Source: Paraspadella gotoi (lineage: Eukaryota; Animalia; Chaetognatha). From it: a stretch of DNA of 64,000 bases. The notes beneath the pieces are model-generated. The model made no database searches, was not told the DNA's origin, and was given only the letters and a program-made list of their open reading frames with translations. Within the stretch, counting starts at the first letter, position 1. The number at the start of each line of letters is the position of its first letter. The translations under genes and the position numbers were made by a program. Shown here in pieces: positions 34,101 to 46,100 of this stretch. The stretch is taken from contig CM119263.1 in the NCBI GenBank assembly GCA_051294375.1, forward strand, positions 30,319,376 through 30,383,375. Direction: 5' to 3'.

Positions 34101-37100
34101 CCTCGGTGGCGTAGAGGACTTCGGTGATCTGCCCGACCAAGAGGCCGATCTCGTCTTCGCCTTCTTTGTCCTGACACATGATCTCGATTGCGCGAAGTTT
34201 CCCGTAGTAGAAATCTCGTTCCTTTTCCAACGCTACAACCGAATTTTGCATCTCTTGCAACTGACGATTTCGAGGGGGGGGGGAAAGAATTGTTTATTTT
34301 ACTTTCGTCATGACGACACATAAAAATATCAAGCCGCACAACCTGTTCCTCCAGCTCCTTGACGACTTCGGGGTTGGGGCGGCCCTTCGCGACGCGGCTC
34401 TGCTGTTGCGGGGGGATCGACGCCTATTAATCGAAATCAAGATTAAACTTCAATATTATTTTATTCAAATTAAATCATATATAATTCCCCCCCCCTCCCC
34501 TTACCTGCGGCCGCTTCTGCGCCGCCGACGCTGAGGACGGCGCCTTCGCGAGCGGCGCCCGCGATCTTGCGGCGGGAGCGGCGGCGGCGGCGAGACCGCG
34601 AGGTTTGGCGCCGACGTCGACGTAGCCGCGGGCCTCGAGTGGGTCGTACTCCATCGATCCGTCGTAGTTGGCGTCGAAGAACTTCTTGAACCACTGCGTG
34701 TGTGAGGGGGGGGGAGGGGGGGAGGGGAGGAACGGGGATAATCATAAGAAGAATTAAAAAAAAAAAAAAACTTCTTCCTCACCTGAACGAACTCGAAGTT
34801 CTCCATGTATTTCCCTTTGACCAACTTCTCGATGGGGATGACTTTGTCGACTCCGTTCTTGTTGAAGCAGTTTTGAAGATGTTTGAAGTTGGAGATGTAG
34901 TCCGTCTCCAACTTGCTGTTGAATTTGATCTTTTTGATCGGGATGGTCGCTGAATGAACAACCGAAGACGAAGTTATAAAGCAATACCAACTAATAAGGA
35001 CTACGTTTAGAGAAAAACCTGGAAACAACATGTCCATGAATTGGCAATAGACGGCTCCGGTGCACAGTTGTTCGATCTTGCCGATGTTCATCTGAAATTG
35101 AAAGAAGATGTTAAACTCCCGCCTTTCCGCATCCCACCAACACCACACCCTTATCGTCGTCGCACCGAGAGGCTCTCGTTGATCCACATGAGGTAATCGT
35201 TGCGACTCAACGCCCCCGCGGTGACGACGGTGTTGTAAACATTGACGGCGGCCATCTTGGATTTTCGCTCGCGGAGAAGGGAGGGGAGGAAAAAAGGGGG
35301 AGGAGGTGGAGGATCGAGTGCTGAGGGGGATTGCGAAGTGGTGGTCGAATCTGATGCTGTACACACGGATTTGTTGGAATGTTAATAGATTTACACCTAA
35401 AAATTGTAAAAGATAACAAAAACGGATAAACAGCTCATTCCACAACAATGCCCGTCGAGAATAACAAAAAAATGGAAACCGAAATGACGGAGATAAAAAA
35501 GTTTATAAAAGTCAAAAGTTGAATTGGTCATCAGCACCGCTCGAACACTCTATAGAGGTCGTTGAGATTCGCCACATGGAGCACGGATCCGTCTGTCTCC
35601 AGTTTGGCCGGCGCCGCAAAGTCTCCGCTCCGCACGGCCCGAAACAAGACGTGCTCCACGCGCCAGGGCCACGCCCCTGGCGCCAAAGGGACCGTTTTGA
35701 CTCCGGCACCGCTGTCCACAAACTCGGGGTCGTCGGCGTCGTCGCCGCCCAACGGTGCCTTATTATTTAAATTAAGAAAAAACGATTATAACTCATTATA
35801 ACTCATTTGCATATTGAAAATGCTTCAAATAAGTGCAGCTTGAATCATGAGCTTCGGATGGCAAAGGGTCTTTGATATTGTAGTACGAGTTCATAATAAT
35901 ATTTTAGGGATGGTGTTCCTCACCTTGAAGGCATAAAACAAGGCCATCTGACGGCAAAAAGTGGAGAAGCAGAGTTTCTCATCTTCCCAATCTACTTCGC
36001 CGGCAGCGCGGAGGAGGAAGATGGGGAGGTGGTCGAGACAGGGCACGAAGTCGGGCAGGAGGAGAGGACTGAGAGGGAGGAAGAAGAAGAAGAGGGAGGA
36101 AAAGGAGGAAGAAATGAACACGAAGAAATCCCCTCAACTATGTATTTCATTGAGGAAAGCTCTCAGAAATGGCTTCCTCTTCACAATTAAATCAGTTGGG
36201 GAATCCAGTCTCATCACTGACACCCTAACCGCCGATCTTCGCATTTCACAATCTTCACAACTCACAGCGAGGTGAGATTCCCCCTCTCGTCGATATCCAC
36301 CGAAAAGTAGTCCAGGAGCATCTCGCGTCTCGACACCAAGAGATCGCGAACGAAGCCGGCGATCTCATCCTTGGCGCCATCCTCTGGGCCCCATCCCGAT
36401 GCCGGAAGGTCGAGCGCCAGCAGCGCCAGGTCGAAGATCGGCGCCGGCGTTGTCAGACGAAGGAGGGAGAAGTTGCCGAAATCACGGAGGAGGATTTGGT
36501 AGAAGAGTTCCTCCGTCGTCTGGGAGGACGAGGAGTCATTGAGGACGAAGAATTTACAGTTTTATTTATCGAATTTCGAGACTCCCAAAAATTCGAAAGG
36601 CAAAATTGATCCAAATAAATATTAATTAAAAAGAATCAANNNNNNNNNNCAACATGATAGAATAAAGATTCCTATGCGGCTAAATAAAATGACGAAATAA
36701 ATGTTATTATTACAGCTATATGTAAAATTAGATTATTAAAATGGTAAAATTCATAACATTCAGTATATTTGTTTGAAGCAGAAGAGATATGAAACTTAAG
36801 CATTACACTTCCCCCGCTCATCTCACCTTTTGAACGTTGATCAAATAGAGCGACGTCCCGTGCTGCAGCAAAGCCCTCTTCCGATTGACGCAGCCGACGA
36901 AGACGAATTCGGTGAACAAGGCAGTCAAATCGCTGCTCCGCTGCGCCTCCGCCTCCGCGCGGAGTTCGCGAATGCTGCGAAGTTTGATCATGCGCCGAGA
37001 TGTCACGTTGGTAGATGGGGCTTTTGACGATTCTGGGCCGCCCTTTGGAGCTCGGTCGGTGCCGATAGTCTCATGATCCGGGGCATCGTCCAGAGTTTCT

Positions 37101-40100
37101 TTCGAGTCCGTCGACGGGTTTGAATTCTCCGCATCGAGTCTCTTGACTTTTATTTCCTCACTTTCCCTCTTTCCTTCAATTCCATTAAATTCCTCCTTTT
37201 CGTCCATTTCAATTTCCACTTCTTTCCATTTACTTTCTATTTCCATTTCCTCCGTTTCGTCCACGAGTTTAGAACTCGAGGCCACTTCTTCCAAGTCATC
37301 CAGACCCTCGAGGGTCTTCGCGTCTTTCGACGTCGTCTCCGCCAACTCCTCCGTCCGCTCGGTCGCCTCACCCTTCTTTTTCACATCGAAAAAAGCGTCG
37401 AGTTTTTGAGATTTGCTGTCGGTCCTCACTAATTGATGATCGTAAACTTTTTTCTTGGCGGAGGAATCTGCCGAGGCGGCCGGCGCGGCTTCGTGTCTCG
37501 TCTTCGTCGGCAAGAGACTCTGTACGGCGAACTTTCGCGCCGACGAAGAGGAAAGAAGCTGCGACTCGAGTTTCTTCTCGATGATTTCGACGATCGAATC
37601 TGAAATGGAAAAATCGAAATTCATCGAATAGAAGTTCTCTAATGTCATTTGCATATCGTAGCAATGTATAGATGCTTTAGAAAAGCGTCTTGCTCACTTT
37701 TAAAACTCATCGCCCCTTTATACAGTATAAATACATAAATCTATTTTTGAGTCAAAACGATTCCCAAAAACCCCAAACTCGTTAAATCATGTTAAAAACC
37801 CAAACCATAAAAGATTTACCCTCGTGCAAAAAGTGAACTTCGTGTTTTGTCGGATGAACATTGACGTCGACGTTTCGCGAATCGAGAGTGAGAGAGAGAT
37901 AAGCGAAAGGATGAGATCCTTTGGGAAGAAGAGACGAGTACACGTTGGCGAGGGATTTGCGGATGGAGGCGCTGTCCACCAGACTGCATGGGGGGGGACA
38001 CAGACCATCAGTTTCACATCCGACCACGGAAAAATTCCTACCACCTCCATTACCCTTCCTACCGAGTACACAGACCATCAGTTTCACATCCGACCACGGA
38101 AAAAATTCCTACCACCTCCGTTACCCTTCCTACCGAGGTTCGAACTAATCTTGATCGTCGATCGCGTTTCTCACCGATTGTTGATGAACATGAGCAACTG
38201 CAGCTTCTTCGATTCGTAATTCGGGGACGAAACGAATCCTTTTAAGTTGAATTTAAATTTGTCCTCGACGATGTTCACCTTTGAAAGCAAATGAACAAAT
38301 AAGAATTTCACTACAAATTAACTATAACGGAAGAAGCGACTAATGAATTGTTACCTCGACCAAATCTTTCTCCAAGGCGATTCCGTAGATGGCGCGGATG
38401 TTCTCCCTCTTGGAGGCGTTGGCCGTCGTCTTGACGTCGGTGGAGGCGTCGCCCGACTTTTTGAGGGCGAAAGCGACGCCCGAGTTGTGGATGGCGTATT
38501 TGGTCACCACCTCCGCTGGATCAAGACAAATTGTTTCAATAGCAACAACCTTTGGCTTAAGGGGCTTCCTACCCTCAATGAAGCCGCCTGCCACTGGGGC
38601 GGTTACCCTAGGACGGTCTGGCTTTGCCAACACAGTGGGGATTCGTTAGAACGCACGGTTGGGATAGTGAAGTGTTAGGCAGTGTGAATATACCGCCACA
38701 CCTTTTCCATTTCATCATTCTCATTCTCACCAATTCTGGAATGTTCCTCGGCCGGATTGCTGAGCGCCTTCCGCCGAGTGGCCACGTTGTAGAAAAGGTC
38801 CTCGACGGTGATAACGGTGCCGACGTTTCCGGCAGCCGGACGAGGCTCGCCTTTGAGCACTCCGTCGGAATACGAGGCCTGAAAAACGAACAAAAATAGA
38901 GCAGCGGAAATTTTAATAGGGCCTCTCTTACAAGCAGCTTTGACTATCTAAATGACTCACCTTCCAACGGACTTACCTTCCAAGCGCATTTGGACTCTTT
39001 AGTCTTCGTGACGATGGTGACGTGAGCGACGTGACTGATCGACGCTAACGCTTCACCACGAAACCCGAACGTCCCGATAGACTGCGAAGAATGTCTTAAT
39101 CAGACCCTTTTCCGAGAAATGCTCCCGCTCCATCCTTTTAATTATAAAGAACCTGCAAATCCTCGAATTTATCGAGTTTTGAGGTGGTGAACCTTTCGCA
39201 AACGATCTTCATGTCCGCCTTCCCGATCCCGCATCCGTTGTCGCTGATCTGAAGGAGTTTCATTCCTCCGGATTTGATTGTCACGGCGATCGACGTCGAT
39301 CCTGACGTCAACCAAGATTCCTCAGTATAATTTCAATAGAATATGGGAAATTAATTTGAATTTGTATAATAAACATGATAGCTTCTGCAACCTATGTCTC
39401 ACAGTAAATTGTCATTTATATCTCAAGCTGACGATGTCCCTTTTTTCTCATTTGCATATTGCAATGAAAGGTAAAAATTAGATATCGTCCTGTTTGACCA
39501 GTCGCATTTCGCATTTCGCAATCGCACCTGCGTCGAGGGAGTTCTCCATCATCTCTTTTAAAGCGTTGGCGGGTCGTTGGATCACCTCCCCCGCCGCGAT
39601 CCGATTCACAACAGCATCCTCCAACTTCTTGATGGTTGGCACAGACGTTGTCGCCATCATTCGCTTATCACAGAAGACTAATTCTTTATCACCTCTTTAT
39701 CGCACACTAATGAATGGAGTTAACTTTTAGTCCAAGAACATGACAATCGCGACATGTTTGTCAGTTTTTTGCTTTAAAAAAAATCAGCAACAAGTGAAAC
39801 TATCACAGAATCGTAATATGAACTAGGAAGAGCCTAATAAAGCTACGGCCGACGTAAAGATGTAAAACTTGAAACCTTCACCTAACTAGGCATACCAAAC
39901 AACAATAATAATAAGGCTGGAATGTGAATAAATAGACTAGTTTTTTCCCGATTTTTGACAAATAAGAGAAGAAAAATGGCGAGGGAGTTACAAAGAGTTG
40001 AAAGCCCGCGTCACGAAGATTCTTCGTCTTTTTTAATAGTTAATCATTAACATTAATCAATCATCGTTTTAATTCTAACGTAACGCTTTAATCCCCTTTC

Positions 40101-43100
40101 TCCTTTCTCGATTCCACGAACGCCGCCTCCACGGCGTCGATGTCGGTCATTAGCGCCGCCGCGCTGTCGGCCAACTCCCCGCCCGACGCCTTCCGGGCGT
40201 AGTGGCGGGCGGCGGACACGTTGCCGACGCCGAGGAGAAGGCGGGCGAATTCGCGGAAGGCGGCGCGCGAGAGGCGAGACGTTTGGGTGGTGGAGGACTG
40301 GATTGAAGAGAAATGGAGGAGAAAGGGAAATGATAGAGACAGAGACGATGACAAAACGACTAGAGATGAAAAAGTATAATAGATGAACTTCTGAGTCAAT
40401 CCAAAATGAGATTACCCTTATCAATCTCATTTGCATATTGTCATATTGACATTGACTTGCCATAAACTCTATAGCTGTGTCATTTACTCCCCCCCCTCAC
40501 CTCCGTCGGCGTCTCCCAAATCCCGAATTCGACGAGCGACTCTACGAAGCAGGCTGCGCGGTCGTACTGCCGCATACCGAGCATGAGCTCCACGGCGCGG
40601 GCGAACTGTTCCAAGCTGATCAGCACCAAAATGGCGTAGCTTTTGAGATTGACGTTGGCGCTGCAGAGGTAATCCACGTAGCGCTTCATTACTTCCGCGC
40701 CGTCGGCTTCGCTCAGACGCGATTTCGCCAACCAGATCGCCTGGAGTTGTATTGGGAAGGATGATGTGTCGACAAAGTCGGTAAAATGTAAAACAATACA
40801 AAACAATACAAAGTATTAATTAACTAACCTGGTGCCACTGGCCGTAAGTTTGCAAGTATCGACAAGCGTCCAGCGCTTTGTCGATCAAGCAAAGGAGTTG
40901 ACAGCCTTGAGAGACTTTCCCGGCGGCGATCATGCTCGTCGCCACCAACTTGATGGTGCTCTGGAATAACGGGTAAGAAAACAGTTGAAAGAAGAATAAA
41001 AAGAAAATTAAAATAAACAGGTGCAATTGGATTTTTAATAAACCTGGGAGTCTCCATCGGCTCGGGCAGTGGCGGCGAGACAAGCCCTCAAAGCGTCTAC
41101 GTAGTGATTCGGATTAGTCGGCTCAGTCTCGAGCAAAAGTTGAACCGCTCGGTCGGTTAGACCTTGACGGAAAAGTGACAGCATGCGTTAAACGATATTA
41201 ATTGTTTACTCTAATTTTAAAGTAAACTCTCACCCAAATAAATGTAATTTTCGATGCACTGGCTGATTTGCTCGTAAGTAGAAGATCGAGAGTCTTGAAG
41301 ACTCAATCGATCCAATTGCTGAGTTTTGTAGGCGGCGTTGCTCATTAATACGTCGGCGCTCAGAGGGAGAGGCTCGGGGCTCGGGGCGGCGGAATCGGCG
41401 CGGAAAGGATCGTCCAGTGACGCCAAATCGACGACGCCGCCGACAACGAAACGCTTTCCCTCTCGTGCAGACTTTCGGCGCAAGAAAAAAAGCGCCACCT
41501 TAAGAGAGAGAAAAAACTTTCAAATTTTATTGACTATAAACTATTGTATACATAACGTCTCTGTATTTCCACCTGCCACAGATGCATAGCGGATTCGTCT
41601 CCGAAGAGTCGGGCTACGATGAGGCATCGCTCGGCGGTGCCGAAACGGCACGAGGGTAGATAATCCGTCACATCGGGGGGCATGGCGTCGACGCGCTGTT
41701 GGAGCGACTTGATGACGCTCGATTCGGCGACGACATCGAGGGGAAGGGAGGAGTTGGAGAGACGCATCAAGTTGAGATCGAATCCACTCGAAGACCAAAC
41801 CTGATTCTCCAAGAAACTCTTAAGGAAGATGGAAAGTCTGAAACGCAAAGGGAAAGTCAGAAAATTTAAGTCCTGTTAACGATACGCAACTCGCTTCGAT
41901 ATCCAGGACATGAGAAACCAACCCTGTCCCTTAGTATCTTTCAATGCATCTAAAACATTGTGTTTCACATTCGGAAATCGATATTCACGGACTTAATGAG
42001 AACACTACAGTCAAAAATTTTACTTGCAGTAACAATGGGACAGAAATTTAAAACATTTTAAACTGGCTAGGTTTTAGTCGCACTACGATAAAATTTATGG
42101 TTCCANNNNNNNNNNACATGATAGAATTAATACTGCAATATGAAGAATAAGAAGCCTAGTCTGAACTCGATCGCGATGAGATATAGCGCGATTCCCTCGA
42201 GTAAAACTCACCTCGGCGGCATCAAGTGCGGAGCGAAGATTTGCACGCCCAACTTGGAATCCTCGAAAGGCGAGCAGCACTTGCGCATCCCGAGGTCGAC
42301 GACTCGAAGGACGCCGTCCATGGAGGCGAGGATGGGCTTGTCGCTCGAGGCCCAGTCCGCGTCCAGGGTCTTCGCTCCGTCGCGGGGCGTTTTCAAGGAG
42401 GCGCACAGACGAACCTTCGAAAGGAAGAAAAACAACATATACATTTTCATGTCAATTATACACTAAAACCTAACAACGAATTAACCTCTTTGGAGTCCCA
42501 AATCTCGGCGCCGTCCCCGAAGACGACCACGAGCTTCATGTTTCCTCTTCCAGGGGCGAATTTAAGCTTCTTAATCAAACCGCGATGCGTCGGGACAGAA
42601 CGAGACACGCGCCCCTTTAAATCCCACACGTTTAAGTTGCCGTCCACGTCGCCGAGGACCTGGAGAAGAGAGGAAAGGTTAAAGAAAAATAAAAGGGAGG
42701 AAAGAAAAGAGAAAAGAGAAAAATGAAATAAAGAAGTTTTTGTATCGAGGTACAATGAGGACAATCGAGGGAGATAATCGTCCTCGTCATCCTGGTAAAA
42801 CCTCCATCTCATTTTCGCTTTTCGACTCTTGAACTTTGACGTCGACGAGAGGGAAACATTCTCGTCAACGATTTTAGGGTTCGCGTCGAAACACACTCAC
42901 TCACTCTCTCTCACCATAGTCTCGCTCTTCCAGGCGATGGCGGTGATGCTGCCCAATCCTCCGTCGGGAGAGATCTTGGATCCGTCCTTGATCACGTGAC
43001 CCTCGACGACGAAGTGGTAAAGGAGGCCTTAAGAGGAGGAGGAGGAAGAGGAGGATGATAACCGCTACTTAAGTTAATAATGTCTCGTTGACAAATCACC

Positions 43101-46100
43101 GTCTGTGTCGACGAAAACGAAATGTTCCTTCGCTGTGGCGGCGCCGGCGTTCGTTCCATTAGCGACGCTTCTCTGACTCGATTTTGCATCAGACTGAAAA
43201 ATCGAAAATAAGATGAGTTAATTTAAATTTTAAATTCATTTTATGGTATCATAAATAATAACCGACCCCAGTTTCGCCTCCTTCGAAGCCCTCGGCCGTG
43301 ATCGGCCAAAGTCCTGGCGCCGATCCGCCCGCTTCTACCGGCGCTTCGCTCCCGGCCGCGTCGACCGGCGCGGCGTCGCCGGCGCCAGACTTTTTCTTGA
43401 CGCTCTTGACCGAATGGGAGGGCGACCACTCGAGAGCGGCGACGGTCGGGCACGACTTGGGCATTTGGCGAAGAAGGGTCAGGGTCTTCATGTCCCAGAG
43501 TTCGAAGGGGCGACCTGAGGGAAAAGCAAAGGGGGTTGGGGATAGGAAAGTGGAAAGAGGATAAACAGATTTTTGGGATAATATCCTGATGGGATAAATC
43601 TAACTTGCATATTGTAGTAACCTTTTTGATCATTTTTTATGAAGAAAACAGAAAACAGCCGAGAATGTCGAAGTACTAGTAGTATAATTGGTAGGCATAA
43701 TGTAATTTTTTTCGAATCGCTGTTGATGTTAAGTTTTAGTTACGTTTTTTATTGTTTAAAAACAACGCTAAAATTGAAAGAATATTTTTCGCGCTAAAGA
43801 AGGCTCTCATCACATCAGAGCCGAAACTTGTACAATACATCTACTACTTCGCTTTGTAACTGTCAAAAGATTAAAGGTGAATAAGTGTTAGTAAGTTAGT
43901 TACCTCAGCTGCGCATTTTTATGTCCTTTGTCATGTCGTTGTTCAGAATACTTGAGAAATATAGATAGTACAAGCCCACTTCCCACCTTTATAGACTAGT
44001 ATGAAGTACTGACGCATGTGGGAGACGCGGACGGCCTCCAGCGCCGCCTCCTCTGCCGCTTTGACGCTCGTCACGCGTCCAGTGTTGACGTCAACGAGGG
44101 AAAGTTCGTTTTTGACGGGAGATGGGGAGGAGGAGGAGGAGTAGGAGGGAGGAATGATGACGCAGAAGGAGAGGAAAGATCGAAGCGTCACCCATTCAAC
44201 GCCCTTTAAAGATAAGGAAGCATAATACGCTAAAAATACCGTTGACATTGTTCACGAACCCGGGATCATCACCGACCTTAACCGCCGCGGTGTGCAGCGA
44301 AAATTCAAAGGCTTGAATCCCCGTAGAAAGATTATAAATCTGCACTGCGCCGGTTCGGGTCCCGACTGCGAGCAGCGGCTGGTAACTCTCGATGTTTTTC
44401 GTCGTCAGCGGCGGACACATTTTCAGAACGCAGACGCCCGCCGCCGCGCCGCCGCCGCTGGGGACGCCGGGGCCGATGGGCGACGACAGAGCAGGATTGA
44501 GGCCGGCCAGGAGCAGCTGCGGACGGCCGGGTTGAAGCAGGCGTTGACGGAGGGTCATGACGGGCGGGCGATGGGCGGAGGAGTCTCGAGAGTCGTCCTC
44601 GGCGTCGTTAGGTCCGGACGTCAGGTGCCAGAACATCGTGCGCCCGTCGGAGAGAAGGAGCGACAGGCGATCTTCGCTGACTGGGGAACAGGCGAAGCCG
44701 AAGACGTCCAAGTGCCGAGTAAGACGGAGGGGATCTTTGGAGAGAAAAGTATTTAATTAAATGAAGTAAAGGTTTAATATTAGTAATTAATAAGGACTTA
44801 TGTAGTATTTACCAGAAAAGCAAAGCGTCTCGTAATTCATCTCCTCGTCGCCGTCGGCGGATTTCGTCGCCGCCACTCGACGCCGCAGAGATACGACGCC
44901 GTTGTCATGGAGACAGAATACGGCGTCGCTTTGACGACAGGAAATGACACGGACGAACGAAGCCCCGCCGCGTTCGAGATTGATGGCGCCAACCGTCTGT
45001 CATTTAAAGACAAAACTATTTTATTATACAAACACTATTGACATAAGCTTATTATTAATCTAATCCTCCCCCGAAACGCACCTGGTTGATACCCAGATCC
45101 ATGACGAGGATCTCCTTGGGATAAACCATGAGGAGGTGTCGACGAACGGCTCGATGGTAAGTCAGTTGGAGACATTCGTTGGGGACGACAAAGTCTTCCA
45201 ACACTAGAAAAGGGGGAGGGTAAAAGATGAAGAGGTTCGTCTTCGTTTCACATCTCGTGGACGTCGAGTCCTTTTCGTCTTACTCCTTCCGGATTCCGAA
45301 TCTCCCGACACCAACATTCGCATTTTGGATCGAAGCGAAGTTTCTTTTCGACGTCGATCCATAGATCCTCCAGCGGCGGATCCTTTTTTAAAAAGAAGTA
45401 AAGTTTCCTTACCCTGGACCAAAAACAGGACCTGCCTCCGATTTCATATTGTTTAGCTGCACTTCAATCGCCATACTCACCAGCAGTAGCGGCAGCGACG
45501 TAGAGTTTGTCCCCATTGGTTGGCGGGCAACGGCCAATCCCGAAGTCCTCAACACAGAGGAGTCCATCGGCAGCGAGAAATGTAACTCGTGCGCCGTCGA
45601 AGGGATCAAAGGCGAAGCGGGTCAGAGGGTCGCTGGAAAAAATTTAAGAGTTACACGTCAAATCGAGAATACCACTTTTGCCACAACTACGATTTTTTTT
45701 TCCTACCTGTAAGTTTTCTTCCAAATCTTGGCCCCCGAGTCGGCGTTCCACAGAATCACCGTCGAGGGGGCGTGGAGCGCGACGAGGAGATCATGGGACG
45801 CGTCCTGCACGGAGGCCAACCAATGGAGGTCGGTGACGGGAGGCGTCGAGGCGACCGACGACGCCACCGGCTCTGAAAACTCGGCCTTGACAGACGCTTG
45901 GACCACGTCCCATATCAAGATTCGGCCCTGGAAGTGACAGAGGGGATTGCAAGAAAACGAACATCAGATCCTCTATTCACAAGGACTAACCTGAGCGTCG
46001 GCGGCGGCCAGCGTCAACGCGTAAGGATTAGAGAGGTCGTGGTGGTAATTCTCTCTGGCCCACTTGACGGCGACCACGGGACTCTTGTAGCGCTCCAGGA

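Noticed and set aside
45418-45640. Compositionally distinct segment suspected to be an insertion
   Set aside because: It translates as a WDR11 exon ([12 protein letters not shown]...) with proper splice sites.
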